A stretch of DNA of 64,000 nucleotides from Eledone cirrhosa (GCA_964016885.1 OZ024762.1:372001-436000); one strand, 5' to 3'. Shown: positions 27,317 to 43,489, counted from the first letter of the stretch. A program made the numbers and translations. The notes: generated by a model not told the origin, from the sequence alone.

Positions 27317-28917
27317 CCCTTAAATTTTGTATACACTCTACTAATGTATTGAGTACTTCACTTACTGCAGTTACCCCCGATTGAACCCGGGACTCACACA
27401 CACACACATATACACACATATATATATATATATACAATTGTCAATATATATCAATACACACGTGTATTGATATATATTTGATAGTCAACAATAGTCATTG
27501 TTCTCCCCCCCCCTCTCCTCCTTTCCATAAACCAATTCTTCTCCTTGGTCAAACTCTATTGATTTCTTCAGCGTCAACTATCAGGACTACCACTACCACC
27601 ACTACTACTGCTACTGCTACTACTACCATTACTACAACTACCACTACTACTACTAGCACTACCAATATAAACAGTCAGTCAGCTGATTGTTAGTCACCAC
27701 TAATCATAAGATTGGTCAATGATGATGATGATGGTGAAGTGGTGATGGTGGTGGTGGCAGTGATGATGATGATGATAATGATAGGGTGATGATGATGGTA
27801 TTGATGGTAGTGATGATGGTGATGTTGCTGCTGAAGGAATCACATGCAGTCAGCTACAGTTGGTGCCGTATTCTACCGATTATCAATCTCTCTCATCTCA
27901 CTAAACAGATTCACTAACTTAACTCTTTCATCACCTCATTTCTAACGAGATACTCTCTACTTGAATTAACTAATGAAGAATTTGGAATGATTTACTAAAA
28001 TTATTTCATTACTAACATAGTAACTTAACATAAGGTCCTTAACCCTTTCAAGACCATATTTCTAATTAAACACCCTATTTCAATTAATGAAGAATTTTGA
28101 GGGATTTACTAAAATTATTAATTATTTCATTACTAAGATAGTAACTTAATGTAGGTTCTTGAAGAGAGTTTCTGGGAGAGGAAACTTTAGGAAGGAGTTT
28201 CTGGGAGACAGGGTTTATGGAGTTTCTGGGAGACGGGGTTTATGAAGGAGTTTCTGGGAGACGGGGTTTATGAAAGGCGATGGCAGTTGAAATTCTTGTG
28301 TTTTGTTTGTTTTTACCTATATTTATTTCTAAATTTCTGTCTTAGAAAATATTTTGTTTGTAAATGTGAAATTTTGGTTTTGAAATTTTTTTTAAGGGTG
28401 GGGTTAATTTTCCTTCCGTTTGGTTTTTCTGGAAAATATTTTAGGAAAATATGGCATTTAGATATGTTGTGTTGATAGTGATGGTAGTGGTTGGGGGGGG
28501 GGGGGGGGGGGGGTGCTTGTGATGGGGGTGTGTGTGCTTTAGTGTGGATGTCATCATCATACTTTGACTTTGATGTCAGGGCACATACCCATGTCATTAA
28601 CACTTTAGCTACCAACCCGTGCAAAACCAACTCTGGTTCTATGAAATAAAGTCACCCATTTTAAAGGGTTTTTAAATTAAAATCTTCCAACATAATTTTA
28701 TATAAGAACCTTACATTAAGTTACTATCTTCGTAATTAAATAATTAATAATTTTAGTAAATCTCTCAAAATTCTTCATTAATTAATTAAAATAGGTGTGA
28801 GCTGTAACAACAACATGGTAAGACTGGGGTCCCTATCATTAAAAACCCAAGAAACCTCTCATGAGATACAGAGCTGTGAGATGTAAATTTCTTTTTCTAG
28901 TACTTAATGCTGACACC

Positions 28918-28949
<32 letters not shown>

Positions 28950-29169
28950 CACCACTACTACTACTACTACCACCACCACTACTCCCACCACTACTACTAC
29001 TACTACCACCACCACCACCACTACTCCCACCACCACTACTACTACTACCACCACCACTACTCCCACCACCACTACCACTACTACCACCACCACCACCACT
29101 ACTACTACCACTACTACCAAAACTTGGCTCAACCAAAGACACCTGCTTTTCTCATAAAATACCCCCCCC

Positions 29170-29205
<36 letters not shown>

Positions 29206-29407
29206 CACACATACAGAGAGAGAGACGGCTCTCTCTCTCTCTCACCCCTCCCCTCACCTTTGATCTATAACAATACAATGGCTATCTCTCTCTGTTATGA
29301 TACCCCCCCCCCCCCACCTCCTCTCTTGTTATTCAACCAACCAAACTTATTCTTCTCCAATCCACTCAAGTAGTTTCTCTCCTCTTTCTCTGTTGAGTTC
29401 TCCAGAA

Positions 29408-30600
29408 GTGTGTATATATATATTTGTCTATGTATATATATATATATGTGTGTGTGAATATATATGTATGTATATATGTATGTGTATATATATATTTGTC
29501 TATGTATATATATATATGTGTGTGTGAATATATATGTATGTATATATGTATGTGTATATATATATTTGTCTATGTATATATATATATGTGTGTGTGAATA
29601 TATATGTATGTATATATGTATGTGTATATATATATTTGTCTATGTATATATATATATGTGTGTGTGAATATATATGTATGTATATATGTATGTGTATATA
29701 TATATTTGTCTATGTATATATATATATGTGTGTGTGAATATATATGTATGTATATATGTATGTGTATATATATATTTGTCTATGTATATATATATATATG
29801 TGTGTGTGAATATATATGTATGTATATATGTATGTGTATATATATATTTGTCTATGTATATATATATATGTGTGTGTGAATATATATGTATGTATATATG
29901 TATGTGTATATATATATTTGTCTATGTATATATATATATGTGTGTGTGAATATATATGTATGTATATATGTATGTGTATATATATATTTGTCTATGTATA
30001 TATATATATGTGTGTGTGAATATATATGTATGTATATATGTATGTGTATATATATATTTGTCTATGTATATATATATATGTGTGTGTGAATATATATGTA
30101 TGTATATATGTATGTGTATATATATATTTGTCTATGTATATATATATATATGTGTGTGTGAATATATATGTATGTATATATGTATGTGTATATATATATT
30201 TGTCTATGTATATATATATATGTGTGTGTGAATATATATGTATGTATATATGTATGTGTATATATATATTTGTCTATGTATATATATATATATGTGTGTG
30301 TGAATATATATGTATGTATATATGTATGTGTATATATATATTTGTCTATGTATATATATATATGTGTGTGTGAATATATATGTATGTATATATGTATGTG
30401 TATATATATATTTGTCTATGTATATATATATATGTGTGTGTGAATATATATGTATGTATATATGTATGTGTATATATATATTTGTCTATGTATATATATA
30501 TATGTGTGTGTGAATATATATGTATGTATATATGTATGTGTATATATATATTTGTCTATGTATATATATATATGTGTGTGTGAATATATATGTATGTGTA
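29408..30600. repeat. Higher-order ~70-bp repeat of a compound TA/TG microsatellite, about 17 copies
   Basis: Landmarks tttgtctatg and gtgtgaat recur every 70-72 bp. Confidence 0.93.
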
Positions 30601-30849
30601 TATATATATATGTTTGTGTGTGCATACATATGTGTGTGTGAAATAATGAAATAAGAAACTGGATGCATATGTCTGTCTGTCTGTCCGTCCGTCCAACCAT
30701 CCATCTATCATATAATCTCTCTCTCTCTCTCTTTCCACCTTGTGACCTTCACTCCCTTCCACACTATAGTACCCAGTGTACACATATATATATAAACATA
30801 TATATATACACACACATATATATATGCATATACACACAAACACACACAC

Positions 30850-30908
<59 letters not shown>

Positions 30909-31037
30909 CTTTTTACAGCAGATGTAAACATAAGTTCAATAGCCATGCAATAAACAGATGTTAAATGGAATAAAGATGGTGGTGGTGGTGGAGGGGGGTG
31001 GAGTAGTGGTAATGGTGTGTGTGTATATATATATATG

Positions 31038-31068
<31 letters not shown>

Positions 31069-31153
31069 TTAACCTCTCACTTCTTATACCAATTCCCATT
31101 GTTTTGTTCTACATAAGTGTGTATGTATATGTGTAAGTATGTGTATATATATG

Positions 31154-31184
<31 letters not shown>

Positions 31185-31904
31185 ATGTGTATGTATTTGT
31201 GTATGTATATGTGCATATATATGTGTATGCATATGCGTATGTACATATGTATGTGTATATATATGTATTTGTGTATGTATATATATATATGTGTGTATGT
31301 ATGTATGTGTACACATCCCTATGCCATTCAGCAGTCCCCCTCACACACTCCTATACACTCTCCCACCACCACTACCAACACCACTACCAACACCACCACC
31401 ACCACCACCAACACCACTACCACCATCACCACCACCACCACCACCAACACCACTACCAACACCACTACCACCACCACTACCACCATCACCACCACTACCA
31501 ACACACACACCATCACCACATGGACACCGTGTTTTGCAGTACAGAGTTACGACCCTTTACGTTCTGAGTTCAAATCCCGTCGAAAGTTAACTTTGCCTTT
31601 CGACGGGGTCAATAAAATAAAGTACCAGTAATCCACTGGGGTAATTGCTGGCCTTGTGCCAGTAGTAGAAACATTGTTATTATCATTGTTGTCATTATTA
31701 TTGTTGGTGGTGTTAATGTGGTTGTTGTTGTTGTCATTGCTGTTATATATATCCATATATATATATTTACCAGTCAGTATCTCCTGCAACAGAAATATAT
31801 TGGAAATAAATCAATCTTTTTTTTTAATTATTTTTATTATTTCCAATTTTATTCTTTTTAAACTTGTTCCGGTTCAGTGAACTGGAACAAGTTCTAGGAA
31901 CCCC

Positions 31905-32195
31905 TCCTCCCCTGTCACTCCCTCCACCACTGACACTGTCTCTACCCCCCCCCCCCCATGTCACTCCCTCCACCACCTCCACCACCCCTGTCACTCCCTC
32001 CACCACTGACACTGTCTCTACCCCCCCCATGTCACTCCCTCCACCACTGACACTGTCTCTACCCCCCCCCATGTCACTCCCTCCACCACCTCCACCACTG
32101 ACACTGTCTCTACCCCCCCCCCCCCCTGTCACTCCCTCCACCACCTCCACCACCCCTGTCACTCCCTCCACCACTGACACTGTCTCTACCTCTCC
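31905..32195. repeat. C-rich minisatellite
   Basis: Recurring tgtcactccctccaccactgacactgtctctacccccc units. Confidence 0.88.
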
Positions 32196-32602
32196 CCCAC
32201 CACTCCCCCATCTCCATTCAATCCCATTCCTTTGAAATAAATCTTTCGATTCTAAACAATATTTCAAAATATTTCATAAAAATAAAATTTTTTAAATGAT
32301 AAACAAATCTATTTCAAACAACAACAACAACAACAACACTACAGATATGAAGGGAAGGGCTAGTGTTCTGGGGTCACAGAATAACGGTTGGTTGAGGGTG
32401 GTGGTGGTGTCGGGGCTGCCCCACCCCGCGGGCAACACCACAAAAGCTTCTGCCTTATATTTTTATCATCTTTTCATCTTGTCTTTCAACAAAGCAACAT
32501 CTGTACATCTGTCAGAGGAAATCTTCTAAACCTAAACTAAAAACATTTAATCACAGCTCCGTTGATTCTCTTCGGCTGCCTATATATATATTACCACATC
32601 TT

Positions 32603-32676
<74 letters not shown>

Positions 32677-33645
32677 ATGTGGTAAGATACCAGGCGGACC
32701 ATAACGCACCAGAGTACTCGATACTGAGAATAGTAGAGTGGGTAATAGTCGAAACGGGCCGGAGCTCAGCCGTCAGAGTCCTGACTCTTTTTGCTACACA
32801 CACACACACACATATATATATCATCATCATCATCATCATATACACACACACACATATATATACACATGTATTTATATATATATACTTATATAAATGTGTA
32901 TATATATCATCATCATCATCATCGTTTAACGTCCATCCTCCACGCTTGCATGGGTTTGGACGGGAATTTTCCCACTTGAGGCAAGATTGGTTGGTTGTCT
33001 TGCTCGTATAGGACTGTCTGGCGGGTTTTCTACGGCTGGATGCCCTTCCTAACACCAACCACGTTTACAGTGTGGGACTGGGAGGTTTTTACCGTGTTAC
33101 CTACACGGCCACATTACAGCGTGACACCTACACGACCTCGTTTATTTCGGACTGGATGTTGTGGTACCAACATATCTTTACATCGAAAGGGGTGGTGTGG
33201 ATGTGCGGGGGTGTATTTTTGTTAGAGGTGCCTACTGACTGTAGGTTTCGCTTTGTACTTAGGCAAGGCGGGTCTTCTGTATTACTGTGTTTATATATAT
33301 TTATTTATGTGTGTGCCTGCCTATATATATATATATATATATATAGATAGATATAGATATAATATATAATCTCCATTTCCGATGGAAGGGAAAAAATTCC
33401 AGACGCATTTTGTGTTGTAAGGGAGATAACTCAGCATATTTTAATCTCCCCTCGATGATTTCACTTTACGATGAATGAGAAAATACTTTTGGGATAAACA
33501 TCTTACTATGACTAACATGGATTATACAGCGATGGGTTTAGTTAGATCTCTCTCTCTCTATATATATATATATACATAGAGAGAGAGAGAGAGATCTAAC
33601 TAACCCATGCTAGCGTGGAAAATGGACGTTAAACGAAGATGATGA

Positions 33646-33712
<67 letters not shown>

Positions 33713-34097
33713 CACACACTGGGTGTTCCCAAAAATGTATACACACTTCAACAGCATTCTAATAAATGTGTATACATTTTTGGGGGACACTGTGGACTTC
33801 TACAGGACTAGAACTGTTTTATTTGTATGAAAATCATCAAAATCTACGTATTGAGTACTCTTATTAACTGTGGTTACACCCCAACGCAACTCGGGAGTTT
33901 ACATGATATATACATATATATTATGTACCATACACACACTCATACATGCATGAATATGTTCATGCAAGCATACAAACACACACACACTTACTTTCATGTA
34001 ATATGGCAAATACTTACACACAATGTTTATGATCACAGGTCAGTTTGACCAGAGATGACTTGGGGCTAACCAACTAACCCCCACCTCCGTGATCTCT

Positions 34098-34315
34098 CAA
34101 TTCAGAGATTCTCTCCCGAGACATTCTACCCACATGTCCATAGTATCAGAGCTGTGATCCCTCAATTCAGAGAAGTAGCAGCTCTACCTGGAGTGACTCT
34201 CTCATCTCCGAGCTACGGACTTTATCGAGTAACGTTACTCCAAAGACCCTTCGGAGGAACCCCATTTCGGCCGCTTGTATTTGCAGTTGTATTCTTTTGG
34301 CCATTACCCAAGACA
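34098..34315 (-). mobile_element. Second fragment of the same RTE LINE family
   Basis: Reverse complement of about 12925-13130 (tcttgggtaatggcc...gccgaaatggggttcc...catgtgggtagaatgtctc). Confidence 0.85.
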
Positions 34316-34935
34316 TTAACCCCTGAGCTACCGTACAACACTGAATATTTCAGTTACTGTTTTCTATTGCCGGGTTTATATCTGTTTTCTATTTCTGTTT
34401 TATTTATAATTGAATTTATTTCTGTTTTATTTGAATAATTAGCAGCCACTTTAATATTGTGGCCAAATTTGTGTTGGCCAGTGGCCATTGTTTACAGTAA
34501 CAGTGGGTAGTGGACATTGGTGGGGAGAATGGTGGAGGAAGAGGAAGGGGAGAATGGTGGTGGACATTGGTGGGTAGGGTGGGGTGGTCATTGCTGGGGT
34601 AAGGGTGGGGTGGGCATTGGTGTGGGTGAGGTAGTGGAGGGGTAGGACAGAGTGAGGAGAGAAAGCGGAGGTAGTGGAGAGAGAGGGAGAGATAGATGTC
34701 TCTCTCTCTCTATTTTCTCATCATTCCACTCCCACCATCACCACTACTTGCATTTTCTCCTACCTTTCTCTCCTCTCCCCACCACCACCATCCTCCCCCT
34801 CTTCCTCCCCTTCCTCTCCCCACCACTACAACAGCAGCTGATGCTATTTTCTGCTGTCATCCATTTGTCGGCTTTTCTTGTCTTCTCCTCTCATCTCTTT
34901 TGTAATTTATATACCTTTATATAACACCTCTTATG

Positions 34936-35345
34936 CCTGATGTCGTTTGGAAGGCCATGAACACCACCACATCACACCATCACAGTGTTGTGACTGTCAC
35001 ACCTACATAGAAATATCTTCTCTGGACTCTGATGTTGTTTGGAAGGCCATGAACACCACCACATCACACCATCACAGTGTTGTGACAGCGTCACACCTAC
35101 ATAGAAATATCTTCTCTGGACTCTGATGTTGTTTGGAAGGCCATGAACACCACCACATCACATCATCACACTATTCTGAGACTACCTCACCTACATAGAT
35201 GTATGTTTTCTGGTGTCTGATATTTAGAAAGCCATGAACACCACCACATCACATCATCACACATTTGTGACATCACCACACCTATATATATGTCTGGTCT
35301 CTGACATTGGGAAAGCCATGAACGCCACCACATCACACCATTCTA
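34936..35345. repeat. Diverged ~95-bp tandem repeat, 5 copies
   Basis: ctgatg...ggaaggccatgaacaccaccacatcacaccatcaca recurs. Confidence 0.88.
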
Positions 35346-35679
35346 CTGGTGTGGTATCAGTGCTACAATGTTTCCTACGTAGGAATTCTCTATCGGCTCC
35401 CATATAGACATATACACATATATATATACTCTTTATATACACATATATACACTATACACACATATATATACATATACCATATACACACGACACATATATA
35501 TATATTTTATATACACATATATATACACAATAAGCTAAACACACACATAACATACCCACACTATCATCCACACACATATATATATATATACACACACACA
35601 CATATATATATATATATAATTATATACACACACACATATATATATATATATACACACATATATATATATATACACACAC

Positions 35680-35870
<191 letters not shown>

Positions 35871-35936
35871 TATATATGACAGGAGGGGGATTGTGGTTGT
35901 TGTGTGTTGTTATTGATCAGTTGGATTGGTGGGAGT

Positions 35937-36470
35937 TCGGACACTACACCACATCCTCGGACACTACACCACATCCTCGGACACTACATCACATCCTCAG
36001 ACACTACACCACATCCTCGGACACTACATCACATCCTCAGACACTACACCACAGCCTTGGACACTACATCACATCCTCAGACACTACACCACATCCTCGG
36101 ACACTACATCACATCCTCAGACACTACACCACATCCTTGGACACTACATCACATCCTCAGACACTACACCACATCCTCGGACACTACATCACATCCTCAG
36201 ACACTACATCACATCCTCAGACACTACACCACATCCTCGGACACTACATCACATCCTCAGACACTACATCACATCCTCGGACACTACATCACATCCTCAG
36301 ACACTACACCACACCTCGGACACTACATCACATCTTCAGACACTACACCACATCCTTGGACACTACATCACATCCTCAGACACTACACCACATCCTCGGA
36401 CACTACACCACATCCTCGGACACTACATCACATCCTCGGACACTACACCACATCCTCGGACACTACACCC
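35937..36470. repeat. 20-bp minisatellite, about 27 copies
   Basis: Unit acactaca(c/t)cacatcctc(g/a)g. Confidence 0.96.
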
Positions 36471-36750
36471 TGATCAGTCAGTTCTATTAGGGGGTCAAAT
36501 CTGCCAGGCAGTTTGGACAATATAATTTCTCTGACCATACAAAGTATTGGTGTGGACAAAATACTGACCCCCCCCTCCTTGGATAACATTATTGTACAAC
36601 AACAACAATGTTGGGTAGATTGTGGGTAAGTAGGAAATTACTGTTGTTGTTATTGTTGTTGTTACTGTTGTTATTGTTGTTGTTACCTCTATATTACTGA
36701 AATATGTGTGTGTAGGTTTAGATATGTTTATACACACACACACATATATA

Positions 36751-36789
<39 letters not shown>

Positions 36790-36806
36790 TTGTGTGTGTG
36801 TGTATG

Positions 36807-36863
<57 letters not shown>

Positions 36864-36868
36864 GTGTG

Positions 36869-36919
<51 letters not shown>

Positions 36920-37312
36920 GTGTGTGTATATATATGTGTGTGTGTGTTTGAGGTTTTAGCAAAAATAGATTCAAAATAGGAATCTTATTTTGAGAAATGA
37001 CTTCATGTTGTTGTTGTTACTGCTGTTGTTGTAGTTCCAGGAAGTCAGATTTGTCTGAAAGTGCATTTTCCATGCCAACACCTTTCTATTGATATGATAG
37101 TGTGTGTGGGGGGAGGTATATATCTAAATGTGTGTACAGTATGATGATGATGGTAGTGGTGGTGATGGTGAGGGGTGGGGGTGATCGTGGGAGAGGTGAT
37201 GGTGGTAGTGGTGGTGCTGATGGGGGGGGGGGGGTAGTTCCTTCCCTCAACATCACACATTTCCTTTTGTTTAACCCCCCCCCATTATTTAATGGTTGGT
37301 AGTGTGTGTATG

Positions 37313-37350
<38 letters not shown>

Positions 37351-38241
37351 TCTGTGTGCATGTTTATATGGTGTGTGTACGTGTGACTGAACTATTGTCA
37401 CCCATCACTCATACATGTGTATGTATGTGTGTGTATATATCCACCAGATCTCTCTATATATACATATATATATATATATATCCACCAGATCTATATCAAC
37501 AGTTCAATAATCCAATAAGAGATCTAAACCTGGAAAAGAATAGAAAACTAAATAAATTATCACTTACATACACACATATATATATACACATATACACATA
37601 TATACATATACATACATATATACACATACACACACCATATATATACATACACATACACACACATATACATACATATACACACACATATACATATACACAC
37701 ACATACATACATATACATACACAGACATACACACACATACATATACATACATACATATACACACACCCTTCGTGCACAGAAATATCTTTCCCAGTGTTAA
37801 ATTTACAATAATTAATAATTGTTCTTCAGTGTTTGAAGTCTTAACGATCTCTCTTAATGATTTATCTAATTATCAGTCTTAACAATCAGTCTTAACGATC
37901 AGTCCTAATGATCAGTCTTAACGATCAGTCCTTAACGATCAGTCTTAACTATTTGTGTTAATGATCTATCTTAACGGCATATATACACGCATACCTATAC
38001 ACTTGTATGTATACACATGTATATACACACATGTATATAGACACATGTATATATACACATGTATATATACATGTGTGTATATATACGGTTACAGCCGGTT
38101 TAAATGCTACAGGGTTAAAGTGGTTGTGTAGGTGTCACAACAAAAAGCACCTAGTCCACTCTGTAAAGTGGTTGGTGTTAGGAAGGTCATCCAGCTGTAG
38201 AAATCTTAACCAGAAGCAGTGTGTGTATATATATATGTATG

Positions 38242-38298
<57 letters not shown>

Positions 38299-39355
38299 TT
38301 ATGTATAGTGTCTGTGTCAGGGATAACATTTTTCTATTGATTATTTTCAGTTAATCAATAACCTTTCACTTATTAATAGTTTCCCCGCTACTAATGTCTG
38401 TTGATGAGGGGTGGGGGCGTGGTGGTATGGGTGGTCAGAAGGGGGGGGGGGGGGTCATGGTCTGATAGTTGCTGTAGATATTGTGGTGGTGATGGTGGTG
38501 GTGTTGATGTTGATGATGATGGTGTTTGTGGTGTTGCTGGTGGCGGTTGTCAGGGTGGTGGAGTTGATGATGAAATGGTTGCTAGGTTACCATTCTTTCA
38601 AGATCCAACTCAAATCCATTTCATTCTGGAAATACTTTGGAAGTTTTATTTTTTTTAATTCAGGAATCCAGTGATGTTTCAATCATCATCAATATCATCA
38701 TCACCACCACCATCATCATTATCACCATCATCATCACCACCACCATCATCACCACCATCATTATCCCCATCATCATCAACATTGCCATCATCATCATCAT
38801 CATCATCACTACTAAGCAAGGTAGTTTCTCATGATAGGACTGGGGTCCCTATCATTAAAACACCCTAGAAACCTCCTATGAGATACAACCATGTAGGAGG
38901 CCAGCTAAACCTACATCACACTGAGCTGTAACAACATAAGCCAGTACAATGTCGTAGAAATATATAAAGGGCAAATATTGCCAAGTATAACAAAACAAAG
39001 TAATGTTATTCCCAAATATTTCAACATAATATTTCAGGGTTATGATCCTCTGTTCAAAGGAAAAAAACCCCACAAAAATGGTGCAAAACAAAACTGAATG
39101 ATTGATGTGTTCTTCCTTCGCTGGTTCAAGTGTGTGAATTGGCCTTTCTGAAATATTTATTAATCTGTTGTTGTTGTTGTTGATTGTTAATGTTGTTGTT
39201 ACTGTTGTTGTTGTTACTGTTGTTGTTGTTACTGTTGTTGTTGTTACTGTTGTGGTTGTTACTGTTATTGTTGTTACTGTTGTTGTGACTGCAGTGTTAC
39301 TACTACTGCTGTTGTTATTACCGCAGTGCTAATGAAGTTGTTATTGTCATTTCAG

Positions 39356-39742
39356 AGGCAGAGCTCTCTAGGAAAAGAGTTACAATTGCAGCTGGAGCAG
39401 AGCAGGCAGAGCGTGAACAAGAGAACGGTCAGCGAGGAAGAGATGGACAATATGAAACAAGAACAGGAGAAACAAAACAAAGAATTGGTCATCTTACGAA
39501 AGACCGTTGAAGAAATGGAGATCAGGATAGCCACACAGAAACAGACTTTGTCCGCTCGGGACGAAAGTATTAAAAAACTGTTAGAAATGTTACAAAGTAA
39601 AGGACTTATGGTGAAACAGATTGATGCTGACCGCGAAGAGATGGAATCTTTACGTAATACCGCCTTAGAAGAGGAGACGAAGAGGAGACAATTGGAATCA
39701 GTTTTAGAAGAAAAAGCCAAAGAACTTTCGAAGAAGAATGAG
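39356..39742 (+). CDS. ERC1: ELKS/ERC/CAST active-zone protein, first visible coding exon (A)
   Basis: ttcag|AGG...GAG|gtgagt, 387 nt, phase 0/0. Encodes KELVILRKTVEEMEIRIATQKQTLSARDESIKKLLEMLQSKG, close to recalled vertebrate ERC1 KELFLLRKTLEEMELRIETQKQTLNARDESIKKLLEMLQSKG. Symbol denotes the ERC1/ERC2 family. Confidence 0.95.
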
Positions 39743-40692
39743 GTGAGTACAATATCTGTTCTTAACACTTTCGTTCTCCATTTTCTTTTTGTTCTGTAAC
39801 TCCTGAAGGATTTTTTAGAGGCGCCGTATTGACATACGGTGTTTCTTTGGGCATTTTTCTTTTAAAACCTTGCAGAACCCATCTCCAGGTCGGAATACCA
39901 CAGATTTCTTCTAGAGAAGGATAGAAAGAGTGAGAAAATGGAAATAAGAAATATAGAGGAAGAATCAACCCCAGTACTTGACTGGTACTTTTTTTATTGA
40001 CCTCAAAGGGATGAAAGGCAAAGTTGACCTCAGCGGGATTTGAACTCAGAGAGCAGAGAACCAGAAGGAATACCATAAAATATTCTATCTGGTGTTCTAG
40101 TGTGTATGTTAGTTAGTGTGTGTGTGTGTATGTTAGTTAGTATGTGTGTGTGTATGTTAGTTAGTGTGTGTGTGTATGTTAGTTAGTGTGTGTGTATGTG
40201 TGTTAGTATGTGCGTGTCTGTTGATGTGTTAGTTAGTATGTGTGTGAGTTTGAATTAAGTAGCAATGTCAATAAAATCAAGTTTCATTGGAAATTGTGTC
40301 AAACAGGAATATTGGTGTAGATAGTAGTGGGGGGGGGGGTTAGATTGTAGTAATGTGGTGCTGGTGGGGGAGGGGGAAAACAGGTAGGGTGAGTGGGGAG
40401 CAGAGCAGGGACATGTGTGTGGGGGGGGAGGTAGGTAGGGAGACAGGTAAATCTTTGAAGACACCCCCCCCAACCTTCCAAGGAAAGGAGAAAGGAAACA
40501 AATGTTATGACATTGAATGAAAATAGCAACAGATTTACTGATTTTATACACAGACATGTATATATATATACATGTGTGTGTGTATGTATATATACAGGGG
40601 TGTCCCCAAAAATGTATACACACTTTGATTACTTGTACATGCAATATTTATTAGAATGCTGTTGAAGTGTGTATATATATTTTTGGTGACAT

Positions 40693-40778
<86 letters not shown>

Positions 40779-41364
40779 CACACACACATGGTGACATGGC
40801 AAAGAGAGGGAGAAAGAGAGAGATGACAGAGAAAAAGAGAGAGAGATATGAGAGAGAGAGGGGGGAGGGAGAAACCAACTAAGATGTCTTTACCTCTTTA
40901 CAATATAACAGACAATCTGTTGCTATAGATGATGATGGTGGTGGTGGTGGAGATGGTAGTGGTGGAGATGATGATGGTGGTGGTGGTAGTGGTGGAGATG
41001 ATGATGGTGGTGGTGGTAGTGGTGGAGATGATGATGATTGTGGTGGTGGAGATGGTGGTAGTGGTGGAGATGATGATGGTGGTGGTGGTGGTGGAGATGA
41101 TGATGGTGGTGGTGGTGGTGGAGATGATGATGATTGTGGTGGTGGAGATGGTGGTAGTGGTGGTGGTGGTGGTGGAGATGATGATGGTGGTGGTGGTGGT
41201 GGTGGAGATGATGATTGTGGTGGTGGAGATGGTGGTAGTGGTGGTGGTGGTGGTGGTGGAGATGATGATGATGTTACAAGCTGGTTGTTTTATATCAAAC
41301 TCTCATCATTTCCTCTGCTGTTCTAGGTGGTATCATTCACACATATATACACTTGTATATATGA

Positions 41365-41402
<38 letters not shown>

Positions 41403-41695
41403 CTTCGTTCACATACTACTTATATATATATATATATACTTTAGCATCATTCACACACACTCATATATATATATATATATATGTGTATATGTATGTATAG
41501 CTTCATTCACACACATACACATGTATATATATGTACTTAGCATCATTCATATGCTATATATATATGTGTGTGTGTGTGTGTATATATATATCTTGTGATG
41601 TTTAGTGACACCTATAAACAGTGCTGGACAATATTACACACTTATGTATTATTGATAAAATACACACCTGTATATATCTACATAATTGCATAACA

Positions 41696-41822
<127 letters not shown>

Positions 41823-42649
41823 GTAATAATAATAATAAATATATATATATATATATATAGTAATAATAATAATAAATATATATATATATATAGTTACAAC
41901 AGTGACATATACAGCTACTTAAGTTTTCTTGGGTTATACACCCCAACTCATTCAGCCTCTTATATAAAGAAAGAAGGTCACTAATGGTTGAAATATATAT
42001 ATATATATGTATATATATGTATATATATATATAAGAGAGAGAGAGAGGGGGGGATGTTATGTCAGTGAGAGACATCAGAAGATTTCTTTTGTTGTGATCA
42101 GGTGGTTTAGTGCCTCTATATATTTATGATGTCATAAGTACCTCTATATATTTATGATGTCATAAGTACCTCTATATATTTGTCTTAAGTACCTCTATAT
42201 GTTTATGATGTCATAAGTACCTCTATATATTTATGATGTCATAAGTAGCTCTGTATATTTGTCTTAAGTACCTCTGTATGTTTATGATGTCTTAAGCAGC
42301 TCTATATATTTATGATGTTACAAGTAGCTACATATTTATGTCTTAAGTACCTCTATATATTTATAAGACAAGACAACCTGTGTCCCCTTCCAATTGCTGG
42401 CCTCGTATCTAACATAGAACCCATTCTTATGACATCTTACATTATCAGAAAACTGTTCTTAATTTATCAGGTTTTGTTGTTTTTACATATTTTTCTTATT
42501 TTTTTCACAATTTGATGTTTTTTTATTTTTATATTTGTTTTTTTTGTTTGTTTGTTTTTTTTCTTATCGTTTTTTTTTTTTAGATTTTATAATTTTCTCA
42601 GATGTGTTATAATTACTAAAAGGTTTCTTACATCTATATGCATGCACAG

Positions 42650-42680
<31 letters not shown>

Positions 42681-42945
42681 CACACACGCATATATATATT
42701 ATACATATATAGATATACACATATATATATATATATACACATATATATATACACATATATATATACACATATATATATATATATATATATATGTGTGTAA
42801 CAAAGTGTTGTTGTTTGCTTGAGTCATTGTGGAATAGGGAATACAAATTTAAATAAGTTTGAAAGCCCTACAATGCATAGTAGGGCATCTAAATTTCTGT
42901 ACACACACACACACACACATACATGCACACACACATTTATGTATA

Positions 42946-43045
42946 CAGGGTGTCCCGAAAAATATATACACACTTCAACAGCATTCTAATAAATATTGCC
43001 TGTACAAGTAATCAAAGTGTGTATACATTTTTTGGGGACACCCTG
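42946..43045. mobile_element. 100-bp Tc1/mariner-type MITE (inverted copy 40595-40696; partial copies near 7744-7825 and 33719-33792)
   Basis: TA|CAGGGTGTCCCGAAAAA...TTTTTGGGGACACCCTG|TA with TIRs of about 30 bp. Confidence 0.88.
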
Positions 43046-43390
43046 TATTTGTATATATATATATGTGCGTGTGTATTGTTGTTAGTGTGTTAGTGAGTAT
43101 GTGTGTGCGTGTGTGTTGTTAGTGAATGTCTATTTCTTGCTTTGTTCATCAGATCAGACCAAGGAAACAATGTTTCCATTGGTCTTTCCATTGCTGATAC
43201 TATCTGGCTGTCACAGCTCCTGGTAAAAGAAAGGCAAGGTTTGAACACACAACACACCATCTACATTTTCACCATCTTCAGCCAAGGAATGTCTGTTGTT
43301 AGACATAGTTCTTCTCCAAACTGTGCCATCTTCTGCCTGACATAATTAACAAAACATATTTTCTGATGGTTTCTCTCTCTGTCTTTTCAG

Positions 43391-43489
43391 GAAAATGGAA
43401 TCCTCACCAACCAACTTAAGAATGCACAATTTCAGATGCAGTCGTTGCCTGCTAATGCACACACAATGCAAGCTATGCTCGAAGCCAAA
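43391..43489 (+). CDS. ERC1: ERC exon B
   Basis: gtcttttcag|GAA...AAA|gtaaat, 99 nt; ENGILTNQLKNAQFQMQSLPANAHTMQAMLEAK (cf. KALQTVIEMK). Confidence 0.88.

Noticed and set aside
33375-33410. Very degenerate hammerhead-like string (also near 22310 and 35365-35400)
   Set aside because: Core nucleotides are mutated and stems are not convincing.
38570-38674. LKSISFWK resembling the ERC SIKTFWS motif
   Set aside because: The match is weak, lacks PELKKER and has no suitable splice sites.
43170-43226. Signal-peptide-like MFPLVFPLLILSGCHSSW* upstream of exon B
   Set aside because: It stops after 18 codons, and its candidate donor is phase 2, incompatible with phase-0 exon B.
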